A stretch of DNA of 57,020 nt from a virus. Its lineage: Duplodnaviria > Caudoviricetes. The number at the start of each line of letters is the position of its first letter. Position 1 is the stretch's first letter. The notes below the pieces were generated by a model, which was not told the origin of the DNA, did not search any database, and was given only the letters and a program-made list of their open reading frames with translations. Shown piece by piece: positions 38,439 through 48,336 of the stretch. Both the position numbers and the translations under genes were made by a program. The stretch covers positions 1 through 57,020 of the IMG/VR virus record IMGVR_UViG_3300032018_000006. One strand, 5' to 3'.

Positions 38439-39353
38439 ATGACACAGCAAAGTAACACACCGGCAACAATTGCTAGTATTCAGCAATTTAGTTTTTTCAA
38501 TCCTGAACAATTTGCCACGATGCAACGGGTAGCAACCATGTTTTGCAATAGCGAGTTGGTTCCAGATATGTACAGGGTAACAGCTGATAATCCAAAGGAA
38601 AAAGCAATCGCCAACTGCATCATAGCAATTGACATTGCAAACCGGATTGGTGCAAATATCCTGATGGTAATGCAGAATCTGGTTATCATTTACGGTCGTC
38701 CTTCATGGAGTTCAAAGTTTCTGATCGCTACTGTAAACACCTGTGGCCGATTTGATACACTGAAATACAAATTCAAAGAACTTGGAGAGCTGAAAGACTT
38801 CAAATACACCGAGTATGAAACAACTTGGGAAAAACAACCAGACGGTAAAAGCAAAAAAATATCAAAGGTTGTCAATAAGGTTCTTCCAGGTATTACAAAA
38901 AATATTGAATGCATTGCCTACACATCTGCAAAGGGTTCTGATGAAGTTCTTGAAAGTGCACCTATATCTGTTGAAATTGCAATTAACGAAGGATGGTACA
39001 CAAAAAAAGGTTCTAAATGGCAGAGCATACCAATTCAGATGCTGATGTATCGTGCAGCATCATTCTGGACTTCGGCCTATGCCCCAGAGCTTTCTATGGG
39101 AATGAAAACGGAAGATGAAGTTCGGGACATTGAAGATATACCCTACGAGGATGTAACTGAGTCAGCAAAAAAAGAACAGGCAGCTAAGGCCAATAAAAAG
39201 GAAATTTCAATCGATGATCCTGAAGGTGGAAAAGAAGCTACTGAACCGAAACTGGAAGAGCAACCTATCCAGCAACCTGCTGAAGAGAAAAAAGAGGAAG
39301 CTGCTCCAGAAGTTAAAGAAGATCCAAAACCAAAAGCTAATCCAGGATTCTGA
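38439..39353 (+). CDS. RecT/Bet-like single-strand annealing protein
   Basis: VMQNLVIIYGRPSW and KWQSIPIQMLMYRA; between ATPase and MBL nuclease. Confidence 0.75.
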   Translation: MTQQSNTPATIASIQQFSFFNPEQFATMQRVATMFCNSELVPDMYRVTADNPKEKAIANCIIAIDIANRIGANILMVMQNLVIIYGRPSWSSKFLIATVNTCGRFDTLKYKFKELGELKDFKYTEYETTWEKQPDGKSKKISKVVNKVLPGITKNIECIAYTSAKGSDEVLESAPISVEIAINEGWYTKKGSKWQSIPIQMLMYRAASFWTSAYAPELSMGMKTEDEVRDIEDIPYEDVTESAKKEQAAKANKKEISIDDPEGGKEATEPKLEEQPIQQPAEEKKEEAAPEVKEDPKPKANPGF

Positions 39354-40087
39354 TGATACTAAAGGTCCTTGGAAGTTCGAGTAAGGGTAACAGTTATATC
39401 CTTGAATCTGAAAGTCAGGTACTGGTTATTGAAGCCGGTATCAGACTTTCAGAAGTCAAAAAGGCAATTGGGTTTGATGTGAATAAGATCGTTGGATGTT
39501 TGATCAGCCACGAACACGGAGACCATGCAGCTTACATCAATGATTTCACGAAATCGGCTATCGATGTATTCTGCTCCAGGGGAACTGCTTCAAATTTCAA
39601 TGTAAGTCACCGGCTTCATAAGATTGCATCCGGAACAGCTATTCAAATAGGCGAATTTAAAGTACTTCCTTTTGACGTCGTTCACGATGCTGCTGAACCA
39701 TTTGGATTTTTGATCAATCATCCTGAGTCTGGAAACATCCTGTTTTTGACTGATACCTTTTACTCTGAATTTACTTTCCGGGACCTGAATAACATCATTA
39801 TTGAAGTGAACTATGACCTGGCTATTCTGGAAGCAAATATCAAATCAGGAAGAGTCAGCCCTTCTATTCGCAACAGGATTGTAACCTCTCACATGAGCCT
39901 GCAAACGGCAAAAGAACTGCTCTCTGCTAATGATCTGTCCAAGGTTAATAATATCGTTCTCATTCATCTGTCGGACGGAAACAGCGATACAATTAGCTTC
40001 AAAAAAGAGATTGAAGGATCAACAGGAAAGACAATTACTGTTGCTGACGGAGGATCTGAAATTTTACTCAACAAAACACCTTTCTAA
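39353..40087 (+). CDS. Metallo-beta-lactamase fold nuclease
   Basis: LGSSSKGN, SHEHGDH, HD and HLS motifs. Confidence 0.9.
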   Translation: MILKVLGSSSKGNSYILESESQVLVIEAGIRLSEVKKAIGFDVNKIVGCLISHEHGDHAAYINDFTKSAIDVFCSRGTASNFNVSHRLHKIASGTAIQIGEFKVLPFDVVHDAAEPFGFLINHPESGNILFLTDTFYSEFTFRDLNNIIIEVNYDLAILEANIKSGRVSPSIRNRIVTSHMSLQTAKELLSANDLSKVNNIVLIHLSDGNSDTISFKKEIEGSTGKTITVADGGSEILLNKTPF

Positions 40088-40089
40088 AC

Positions 40090-40518
40090 ATGATAATCAA
40101 AGAAATATTTTACGGCATAAAATGCGATCGTTGTGGTTGCTACAACGAATCAGGTGATTATAAATTTTATATGGAGGAATCACAAGCTGTTGAAAATGCT
40201 ATGGACGATGAATGGAACACAACAATTCAGGATAATCATTATTGCCCGAATTGCTACACTATAAATGAGGACACCGAAGAAATAACCATTAAACCTCCGT
40301 TCCCTGAATCTGTAAAGCGAATTGAAAAATTCATCGACACGATAACCAGAAATTGCGCTGAAGTTTACGAAAAAGAAGATCGTTTTGAAATTGAATTCAA
40401 TGAACATTTTCCGCTTGATACAGCTGCTCAAAACTGGATTACTACCTCTTACCCAGTAGCTATCGAACGAATTCCGCTAAGACGTGGAAATAAAATCCTT
40501 ATCACAATCAGAAAGTAA
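40090..40518 (+). CDS. Hypothetical protein with Zn finger
   Basis: CDRC...HYCPNC. Confidence 0.65.
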   Translation: MIIKEIFYGIKCDRCGCYNESGDYKFYMEESQAVENAMDDEWNTTIQDNHYCPNCYTINEDTEEITIKPPFPESVKRIEKFIDTITRNCAEVYEKEDRFEIEFNEHFPLDTAAQNWITTSYPVAIERIPLRRGNKILITIRK

Positions 40519-40804
40519 GCCATGGAAACAGCAAATAAAATATTCTCAAGGTTCTTTTTGGCTCTGGCCATTGCCGAAACTATTGGCTTCCTGGATGGCC
40601 GTAACTGGTGCTTTTTCGCTGCTCTTCTACTCTACGGACTTTCAGCAATGTTTCGTATCGATTCAACTAGCAAAGCATAATACCAACCACATTTTAACGA
40701 AAGGAGGAACGCCATGAGACGAATTTAATCTTCTGACAAGGTGGTTATTTGCAAATCCAACCACTCACTAAATGCAACGTCCCGGGGAAATTCCGGGCAA
40801 AATC

Positions 40805-40888
40805 GGGGATGTAGTGTATTTGGCGCACTAGGGCAATGGTCTTTCGGATGACAGCCCCTCAGAATAGGTTCGATTCCTACCATCTCCA
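40805..40888 (+). ncRNA. tRNA-like RNA with non-canonical anticodon arm
   Basis: Acceptor GGGGATG/CATCTCC-A, D arm GTGT/GCAC, T arm TAGG-TTCGATT-CCTA; anticodon arm expanded around TTCG. Confidence 0.6.
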
Positions 40889-40903
40889 CAAAAATCTATT
40901 TAA

Positions 40904-41116
40904 ATGAATAAAAATCTGATCATGACAATTGTCGCACTCTATTTTATTTTCACATCGTGCACTCCGATTAAATACAGCATTCGTCAGCACAAATGCAAGC
41001 TTATACAGCAGGAAGCGCAATCTCATGGCAGACTTCGCCTGGACAAATCACAGAGAATAATTTTTTATTGGTCGATGCGTCCAACAGGATCATGGCCTTT
41101 CGAATTTTTACAATAA
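40904..41116 (+). CDS. Small putative lipoprotein
   Basis: Hydrophobic N-terminus ending in FTSC. Confidence 0.45.
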   Translation: MNKNLIMTIVALYFIFTSCTPIKYSIRQHKCKLIQQEAQSHGRLRLDKSQRIIFYWSMRPTGSWPFEFLQ

Positions 41117-41137
41117 ACCATCAAAATCTATAAATCA

Positions 41138-41332
41138 ATGAATGTAAAACAAAACGGTCATGGATTTGAACTTCAAAACCTGACAGCGCAAGAACTTGAA
41201 ATTATCCAAATCGGCCTGATCCGGGCAAAGCACGAAGACTTTATGAACACTGAAATTTTCAATAATCAACGGGAATTGTGTGACAGCATGTATGGCCAGA
41301 TTGACGAACAACTAATCATTTCGAAGTCATGA
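41138..41332 (+). CDS. Hypothetical protein
   Basis: ATGA-coupled ORF chain. Confidence 0.55.
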   Translation: MNVKQNGHGFELQNLTAQELEIIQIGLIRAKHEDFMNTEIFNNQRELCDSMYGQIDEQLIISKS

Positions 41333-41556
41333 TTGATGCTCACTTGAATATCGTAATCGATGAAGACGGAAAGGCAAAAGTCAACTATTCCGGCGACATG
41401 GCTAAAATGGCACGGGCAATCATTCGCCTGGCTACAAAAGAAGAAGAGTTTGCCGTTGCTCTGAATACTGGAGTTATTGCTCTAAGGGATCACTTGGAAG
41501 CAATCAGGCTTCGTGATGAAATGATAGGTATAATCAATAATACAGTTAAAAAATGA
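41329..41556 (+). CDS. Hypothetical protein
   Basis: ATGA-coupled ORF chain. Confidence 0.55.
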   Translation: MIDAHLNIVIDEDGKAKVNYSGDMAKMARAIIRLATKEEEFAVALNTGVIALRDHLEAIRLRDEMIGIINNTVKK

Positions 41557-41957
41557 ATTTGATCATTACACCACCGCAGGAGATTGTTGACGAACTGAAA
41601 TTAATCGATGATTTTCTGAACGTCACCATGAGCGAAGATGCCGAAGAAGCGGTTGCCCGTGGAAATGACCTGGCTGCATACATAGCCCGGACCGGAAAGC
41701 TTCTGGCTGATGCAAAGTACCACCTGAACGAAAAAAAGAAATCAGAAGTGTTTCAGGTACTCGAAAAAACGGCAAAACAAGCCGGAGCAACAGCAACGGC
41801 CATCAATGCGATAGTCAACAGCCTTTGCAAAGAGGAACAATATTTAGTTGATTGGTCTGATCGATGTAACCGTGCAGCAACGCACCAATTAGATTGGGTT
41901 CGCTCAATTATTTCAAAAGCGAAAACTGAGATGCAATATATAAATTTTCATAAATGA
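41553..41957 (+). CDS. Helical hypothetical protein
   Basis: ORF track; coupled to neighbours. Confidence 0.65.
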   Translation: MNLIITPPQEIVDELKLIDDFLNVTMSEDAEEAVARGNDLAAYIARTGKLLADAKYHLNEKKKSEVFQVLEKTAKQAGATATAINAIVNSLCKEEQYLVDWSDRCNRAATHQLDWVRSIISKAKTEMQYINFHK

Positions 41958-42496
41958 TGAATTCAAATACTGAAATCTGGAGAGATGTTGAAGGCTACGA
42001 AGGCTTTTATCAAGCAAGTAATTTTGGCAGAATACGCAGTTTGACCAGCCAAAACAGATACAAAAGGTATAGTAGAATTAAAATATTAAACCCTGCTTTG
42101 TCAAAGGACGGTTATCTTAGAGTAGTATTATGTGTTGACCGAAAAATGAAATCATTAAATGTACATAGACTTGTTTTATCTGCATTTAGTATGAGTAATG
42201 ACAATCTTCAGGTTAATCATATCGATGGTAATAAATCAAATAATAGTCTATCAAATTTAGAATGGTGTACGCAGTCTGAAAATATGCTTCACGCCTATAA
42301 ATTAGGTTTAGAAAAACCTTGCGACAACGGTTTAAAGAAAAATGTTTCTTTAGTTAAAGATGGAACATCTGTTGGTAATTACAAATCAATTAGAGAAATG
42401 TGCCGCGTACATCTTTTGGACAGAAGAGCTGTACAGAGAGTTATTGATGGCACTTACTTAAGTCATAAAGGATTTACTTTTAAAATAAATCCATGA
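41954..42496 (+). CDS. NUMOD4-HNH endonuclease
   Basis: EIWRDVEGYEGFYQASNFGRIRS and VNHIDGNKSNN..NLEW. Confidence 0.92.
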   Translation: MMNSNTEIWRDVEGYEGFYQASNFGRIRSLTSQNRYKRYSRIKILNPALSKDGYLRVVLCVDRKMKSLNVHRLVLSAFSMSNDNLQVNHIDGNKSNNSLSNLEWCTQSENMLHAYKLGLEKPCDNGLKKNVSLVKDGTSVGNYKSIREMCRVHLLDRRAVQRVIDGTYLSHKGFTFKINP

Positions 42497-42846
42497 CTCA
42501 TATTGACATTAAGCCATTGTCTGTAAACGAGGCTTGGAAAGGTAAACGATTTAAAACCGATAGTTACAAAGTGTATGAAAATTCTGTTTTGTGGTTGTTA
42601 CCAAAAATTACAATTCCAGAACCTCCGTTTGTAATTCATTTCAAATTTGGATTTAGTTCAACTCTTTCAGATTGGGATAATCCAGTAAAGCCATTTCAGG
42701 ACATTTTAAGCAAGAAATATAAGTTCAACGATAAGTTAATCCGTAGGGCAATTGTTGAAACAGAAATAGTTGAAAAAGGCAAAGAATACATTGAATTTGA
42801 AATAAGCAAGTATGCGATTGAAACCGTTAAAGAATACCTGAAATGA
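42493..42846 (+). CDS. RusA-like Holliday junction resolvase
   Basis: PLSVN, DWDNPVKPFQD and NDKLI motifs. Confidence 0.8.
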   Translation: MTHIDIKPLSVNEAWKGKRFKTDSYKVYENSVLWLLPKITIPEPPFVIHFKFGFSSTLSDWDNPVKPFQDILSKKYKFNDKLIRRAIVETEIVEKGKEYIEFEISKYAIETVKEYLK

Positions 42847-42855
42847 ATATCGAAC

Positions 42856-43044
42856 TTGGTCGCGGATGCTGCAATAGACAGCGAAAGATTTGAGAACCTA
42901 AAACTATTTATTGATGTGTTTTCCGAAATGCACATGAAAATAGATGACATTGCTTACAGATGGAAAGATACTCATTTTGAGTCAGTCAAACCGTTTGTAA
43001 AAGCCTGTAATGATCAACTCGACGAAATGGGTATCAAAGAGTGA
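42856..43044 (+). CDS. Small hypothetical protein
   Basis: ORF track; start uncertain. Confidence 0.35.
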   Translation: MVADAAIDSERFENLKLFIDVFSEMHMKIDDIAYRWKDTHFESVKPFVKACNDQLDEMGIKE

Positions 43045-43121
43045 TTTATTATTGCCTATAACGGTTTTGCATACCAGCAGGGCAGGATTACGAGCTACTC
43101 ACTATCAATTTACACTAAATT

Positions 43122-43775
43122 ATGAACGAGAAACAAAATATCGAACACGCACCGCTACCTGACTTGACTGGTATGCAGTGTTATAACCAGCCTTTCGTCA
43201 GTCTTTTCAACGAAGATTGTCTTAAACTGATTGATTCGTGGCCTGTCGCTGATTGTGTTATTACCGATCCACCGTACCCGAACAATGCCGGACATTTTAT
43301 TGATGGAATAAAAGATGCTGTCTATTTTATGCAAAACTATAAATGCAAACACTGGTTTATTTTTTGGGATGAAATGACAAAACCGCCAATTGATTTACCA
43401 TTGGTTGCTATTCATATTTGGCATAGAAGTAATACAAATAGACCTGATAATTATGAGCCGATTTATGAATTTAACGAAAACGGAATAAAGAGAGCGAGTA
43501 GGGTAATACCTGCACCAGTTATTTATCCAGGACTTACTGGCTGTATTGAAGCAACTGGACACCCTACACAAAAGCCAGTTAAATTGATACGCAAATTAAT
43601 AACATACAACAAAATTACTGGCTTAGTTGCTGACCCCTTTTTTGGAAGCGGAACGGTAGCAGAAGCCTGTTTGAAAGAAAAAATCAACTTTATCGGAAGC
43701 GAAAAAGATTCAAAACATTATCAAGATGCAGTAAATCGCCTTGAACGTATGAGAATGTCGCCAACGCTGTTTTAA
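43122..43775 (+). CDS. DNA N6A/N4C methyltransferase
   Basis: TDPPY, HPTQKP and DPFFGSGT motifs. Confidence 0.92.
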   Translation: MNEKQNIEHAPLPDLTGMQCYNQPFVSLFNEDCLKLIDSWPVADCVITDPPYPNNAGHFIDGIKDAVYFMQNYKCKHWFIFWDEMTKPPIDLPLVAIHIWHRSNTNRPDNYEPIYEFNENGIKRASRVIPAPVIYPGLTGCIEATGHPTQKPVKLIRKLITYNKITGLVADPFFGSGTVAEACLKEKINFIGSEKDSKHYQDAVNRLERMRMSPTLF

Positions 43776-43952
43776 GGTTGGTTATAACGCATGAATGCTT
43801 GACGCAGGGACGGTTTAACAGCGATGTCCATTCCGGTCAGAGCAGCCCAAACAGGTACGGAAAGCCACCGCAAATCAGAGCTACCGGACTTGCCGCAAGC
43901 ATAAGTTATTACCAGGGCTTTATTAACGAATCAAATAACTAATAACGATTAA

Positions 43953-44249
43953 ATGACACGAAACGAAATTGAACAAAAAAGAAAAGAGAACTTCGATAAA
44001 ATCGAAACTCTAAAACGTGAAAATATAGAACTTGCAAAGCAAGCAATTCTATTATCTGACGAAAAACAGCAATTTACTGAAGTCGTTGAAACTCATCCAC
44101 GAGAAAAATGGCAACGAAAAGACAATTATCTGGACGGAAAATTAGTCGGCAGAATCCACTGGAAAGAAGAATTTAAAGACGAATCAGATGGCTCATCTAT
44201 TATTATCAATCGTCAACGAGTTGTCAGAGTCGATGGCGAGTGGATTTAG
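43953..44249 (+). CDS. Hypothetical cassette protein
   Basis: ORF fills the second cassette. Confidence 0.65.
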   Translation: MTRNEIEQKRKENFDKIETLKRENIELAKQAILLSDEKQQFTEVVETHPREKWQRKDNYLDGKLVGRIHWKEEFKDESDGSSIIINRQRVVRVDGEWI

Positions 44250-44315
44250 CCTTGGTTATAACGGTTCTCGGCTTGGCGAAGGTGGGGAAATAAACCCAAC
44301 AAACTAATTACGAGC

Positions 44316-44951
44316 ATGAACGATCAATTACAACTTTTCCCTGTCAACGAAGCGACACAACCCGGCTTTTTGGTAGCCGAAGTTATAAGCTGTTTTTGTC
44401 CAAAAAGCACACAAATGAAAAGATATAAAATTGTTTACGCCGATCCTCCGTGGAATTACAATGGTCAAATTTATGAGCGTGGTGGAACTGAAAACCACTA
44501 CGAAACAATGACAACAAACGACATTGCAAATATGAGGATTGATGATATTACTGATTGGGATTGTGTCTGTTTTATGTGGGCAACATTCCCAAAATTAAAA
44601 GATGCTTTGCATGTAATGAAATGCTGGGGATTTGATTATAAAACAGTTGCTTTTACTTGGGTTAAAATGAACAAGAAAGCAGACACACCATTTTTCGGAA
44701 TGGGAAAATGGACGAGAAGTAACGCTGAAATTTGTTTATTGGGCGTTAAAAATGAAATTTCCAGACAAAAAGCGAATGTGTCTCAGGTTATTATGAGTCC
44801 AATTTTGGAACACAGTAAAAAACCAGATGAAACCAGAGATTTAATAATTCAACTTATGGGCGATTTGCCACGTGTTGAATTATTTGCTCGTCAGTCAACA
44901 ATTGGATGGGATGTCTGGGGAAATGAAGTACAATGCGATGTCGCCATTTAA
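44316..44951 (+). CDS. MT-A70 family adenine methyltransferase
   Basis: YADPPW, HSKKP, ELFAR and WGNE motifs. Confidence 0.93.
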   Translation: MNDQLQLFPVNEATQPGFLVAEVISCFCPKSTQMKRYKIVYADPPWNYNGQIYERGGTENHYETMTTNDIANMRIDDITDWDCVCFMWATFPKLKDALHVMKCWGFDYKTVAFTWVKMNKKADTPFFGMGKWTRSNAEICLLGVKNEISRQKANVSQVIMSPILEHSKKPDETRDLIIQLMGDLPRVELFARQSTIGWDVWGNEVQCDVAI

Positions 44952-45091
44952 AATAGCTTATAACGTAAAGCGGATACACGCAGTTGCGGAGTGAACCGAT
45001 GAACACGATTGAAAAGTAAATGTAACAATTAAAAGTTTTTTTTAGGGAGGGTTTTTGTTTTCTTAATTTGTTAAATTTTAATTACTTTGTT

Positions 45092-46012
45092 ATGACGAAT
45101 ATAATCAAAATGGCTAACTTAAATTCTGATTTTTGCATAACGATTGATTTTGATAAAAAATCTGAAAACCCCTCAAGAGTTTTTCAGACAATGACTGAAT
45201 TAATCCATGCTTTTCAAAAATTCGATTCTAATTTAATTAAGGGAATTGATACACAATTAGAACCAGTAATTTTACTGGAAGATGTAGAAATTGGCTCGTT
45301 AAAAACTTGGTTGTCGTCAATAATAAGAGGCATACCGGACGAAGCAATAAAAGATGGAGATTGGAAAAAAATTATAGGTCATTATTTATTAAGGTCAAAA
45401 TACATTGTACTTAACAGAATTGAAAATAGGGTCGATATTACTGATGCAAAAGTCATAGAGGATATTCAATATGAACTTGTCGAAGAGGCTAGGAAAACTG
45501 ACATAAAAATGATGCCTTATTATGAACCATTACCGATACCAAAATTAATTCGAAGTATTGAGGAAATAAATAATGCTTTGTCATATTTAAACACTAACGA
45601 TAAGGCATATTTTGAGACTAAAGATAATGATAAAGCGACCTTTAATCTTTCCTTAGATTTTAGTCCTGAAAAAATTGAAGACTTATTAACTAAAGAAAGA
45701 ATTTCTAATGAATCAACGCTTATTATGAAAATTAAAAAGCCTGATTATTTAGGTAGCTCGATGTGGGAATTTAGACATAATAATAAAACAATACCTGCTA
45801 AAATTTTACATGAAAGCTGGTTAATACAATTTCAACAAAGAAAGATTGATATTCGACCAGGTGATTCAATAAAAGCAAAGATAAATACAATCGTAAAATA
45901 CGGTCACGATAATAATGTCATTGGAACTTCTTATGAAATATTAGAAATAATAAATGTCTTGCCATTAAATACTCCATCACAGAGTCTATTGTTTGACGGG
46001 GATAATGACTAA
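45092..46012 (+). CDS. AT-rich hypothetical protein, candidate defence gene
   Basis: Long ORF, lower GC than flanks, paired with a MTase-nuclease fusion; start uncertain. Confidence 0.7.
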   Translation: MTNIIKMANLNSDFCITIDFDKKSENPSRVFQTMTELIHAFQKFDSNLIKGIDTQLEPVILLEDVEIGSLKTWLSSIIRGIPDEAIKDGDWKKIIGHYLLRSKYIVLNRIENRVDITDAKVIEDIQYELVEEARKTDIKMMPYYEPLPIPKLIRSIEEINNALSYLNTNDKAYFETKDNDKATFNLSLDFSPEKIEDLLTKERISNESTLIMKIKKPDYLGSSMWEFRHNNKTIPAKILHESWLIQFQQRKIDIRPGDSIKAKINTIVKYGHDNNVIGTSYEILEIINVLPLNTPSQSLLFDGDND

Positions 46013-46042
46013 AAAGCAAATTCAATAAACAATATACCTCAG

Positions 46043-47488
46043 ATGAATCAATTATATTTTGGCGACAATCTTTTTATTTTAAAGAATCTATATTCTCAAC
46101 ATCCAAATGGATTTATTGATTTAATATACATTGATCCACCATTTAACTCAAAAAGAAATTATAACGTACTTTTTGAAAGTATTGATTTGTCAGATTCAAC
46201 CGCTCAAAAAGAGGCATTTGCAGATACGTGGAGCAATATATCATATATTGATACACTAAATGAACTTGCTAATTTAAACCTTCATTTATACAGTTTTTTA
46301 ACAAATCTCGAAAATATAGGTATCTCAAAAAGTGCCATATCCTACCTGACAACAATGTCAATTAGAATATGGTATATGCACAAGTTATTAAAAGAAACGG
46401 GGTCTTTTTATTTGCATTGTGATCCTACAATGAGCCATTATCTTAAAATTGTCTGTGACATAATATTCAATGAAAAGAATTTTAAAAATGAAGTTATTTG
46501 GCATTACAGAAGATGGACTGGCGATGCAAAGTCGTTTATGAAGATGCACGATGTTATACTGTTCTATGCCAAAAATAAGAATGACATAAAGTTCAATGTG
46601 CTTTATACTGATTACACTGAAAAGTCATTAAAAAGAAAACAAAATTATCATACAAGAATAAAAGGGGATGATGTGTACGTCACATCAATTGATGAAAAAG
46701 GTGTAAAGGAAAATGATGTTTGGCAAATACAGTTATTAAATTCACAGTCTCACGAACGACAAGGTTATCCGACACAAAAGCCCGAATCATTATTGGAACG
46801 AATAATTTTAGCATCGTCCAATAGCGATGACCTAATAGCCGACTTTTTTTGTGGCTGTGGCACGTCAATAGCGGTGGCAGAAAAGTTAAAAAGAAAATGG
46901 ATAGGTGTCGATATATCACATTTAGCAGTTAGATTAATAGCCAATAGAATTGGAAAAGAAAATATAAATAAAACTTTTGAAATTCATGGATTACCAAAAG
47001 ATTTAGATTCCGCAAAAGAACTCGCTAATAATGTCAAAGGCGGACGTTTGGAGTTCGAAGAATGGGTTGTTGAGTTTCTTCTACATGGCATCCTTAATGA
47101 AAAAAGAAACGAGATGGGTTTTGATGGTTATAGAACTTTTGATGCAAATGGAAAAAGATGTTTTGCTATGATAGAAGTAAAGAGCGGAAATGTGACTATG
47201 GCGCAATTTAATCATTTTCTAAAGACAGTAAATGACAAAAAAGGCGATTTGGGTATATTCGTTAGCTTTGAAGATCAAATCACCAAGAACATGAGAATAG
47301 CAGCAAAAAGAGAGGGGAATTTTGCAATTAACGACAATGTTTTTTCAGATAAAATACAAATATCTACAATTGAAGATTTGTTAGATAATAGAGTTCCCAA
47401 AATTCCTGAATCCACAAAAGAAACATTTAAGAAAGCAATCAAAAAAATCAATGAAGATGCAACACAGCCGACCTTAGATATGTTTTGA
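46043..47488 (+). CDS. DNA methyltransferase fused to an Mrr-like PD-(D/E)XK endonuclease
   Basis: IDPPF, YPTQKP and DFFCGCGT; C-terminal FEEW...GFDG...IEVKSG. Confidence 0.88.
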   Translation: MNQLYFGDNLFILKNLYSQHPNGFIDLIYIDPPFNSKRNYNVLFESIDLSDSTAQKEAFADTWSNISYIDTLNELANLNLHLYSFLTNLENIGISKSAISYLTTMSIRIWYMHKLLKETGSFYLHCDPTMSHYLKIVCDIIFNEKNFKNEVIWHYRRWTGDAKSFMKMHDVILFYAKNKNDIKFNVLYTDYTEKSLKRKQNYHTRIKGDDVYVTSIDEKGVKENDVWQIQLLNSQSHERQGYPTQKPESLLERIILASSNSDDLIADFFCGCGTSIAVAEKLKRKWIGVDISHLAVRLIANRIGKENINKTFEIHGLPKDLDSAKELANNVKGGRLEFEEWVVEFLLHGILNEKRNEMGFDGYRTFDANGKRCFAMIEVKSGNVTMAQFNHFLKTVNDKKGDLGIFVSFEDQITKNMRIAAKREGNFAINDNVFSDKIQISTIEDLLDNRVPKIPESTKETFKKAIKKINEDATQPTLDMF

Positions 47489-47833
47489 TTGTTTTTAATT
47501 CTTAACAATTTTGAAAAAATTGAAAGGTGCGTGGGCAAAAAAACTTTTAATTGTGGTGAGTACCGAAACAATATCAATGAAACATTGCTGCCGCAATTGC
47601 GGGTATACGTTGTTATGCGCTTTTTGCCGTGTTTTTTGATTTGTCGCCCCGTAGGGGCTTAAAACACGGCGTATTGCGCATAACTTGTAAATATACGCAG
47701 TTCACAAAATTGAACCATGAATAATCAGAGAAATAAAAGGCGTGAAGTTTGTGATCGACAATGATTAGCCATGCAAAAGCACAACTTTTGCCTGAAATTA
47801 TGCACAAAAATTGCCTCAAATTATATATCAACA

Positions 47834-47862
47834 AAAAGCCCGGACATATCATCCGGGCTTTT
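47834..47862. terminator. Bidirectional terminator between convergent early and late arms
   Basis: AAAAGCCCGGA / TCCGGGCTTTT. Confidence 0.8.
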
Positions 47863-47890
47863 CACTTAACCTAACTAACCTAAACCAAAC

Positions 47891-48280
47891 CTAAACCTGC
47901 GTAAGTCCATCACGTGCAAATCGGTGAACTTGCGCCATATCTTTTTGCATCAATCGTTTATTAACACTTCGGACCTCACTTGCATATAAGCACGTTCGAT
48001 AATTCAAGCAGTAGAATGAATTAAAATCAGGCCGTTTCAGTACAACATCTGCAGTGCAAACAATCGGTACACTTGAAACGAGGTCATAAGCTCCGATTTG
48101 CTGAACTACCAAAGGCAATGCAACGAAATCAAAGGTTACCATTTCATAGGCTGGCATAATCTGACCCACATCAGAAACAAGTGTTACCTGGTGAGTATTT
48201 GCAGCCTGAGCCTGATTCCCGGGTGGCATGGTTAGCAACATCCCGAACGAAAAACAAATGAGCAAAATAAATGCTTTCAT
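47891..48280 (-). CDS. Hypothetical protein with signal peptide
   Basis: Hydrophobic N-terminus with AQA site; preceded by the late motif. Confidence 0.55.
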   Translation of the reverse strand: MKAFILLICFSFGMLLTMPPGNQAQAANTHQVTLVSDVGQIMPAYEMVTFDFVALPLVVQQIGAYDLVSSVPIVCTADVVLKRPDFNSFYCLNYRTCLYASEVRSVNKRLMQKDMAQVHRFARDGLTQV

Positions 48281-48336
48281 AAATGATGAATTTTTGGTTA
48301 ATACTATGAGACTTTAAAATATAAGTTCGTTTTAAT

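Larger units (their letters stand above)
43059..47684. mobile_element. Array of attC-like (TAAC...GTTA) palindromic sites separating gene cassettes
   Basis: Sites at 43059-43183, 43785-43908, 44259-44385 and 44961-47615, plus an empty cassette at 47612-47684; each cassette start is complementary to its own end. Confidence 0.7.

Noticed and set aside
47866-47898. AACCT/AAACC repeats as a second pentamer array
   Set aside because: Short, out of register, no delimiter and no associated gene.
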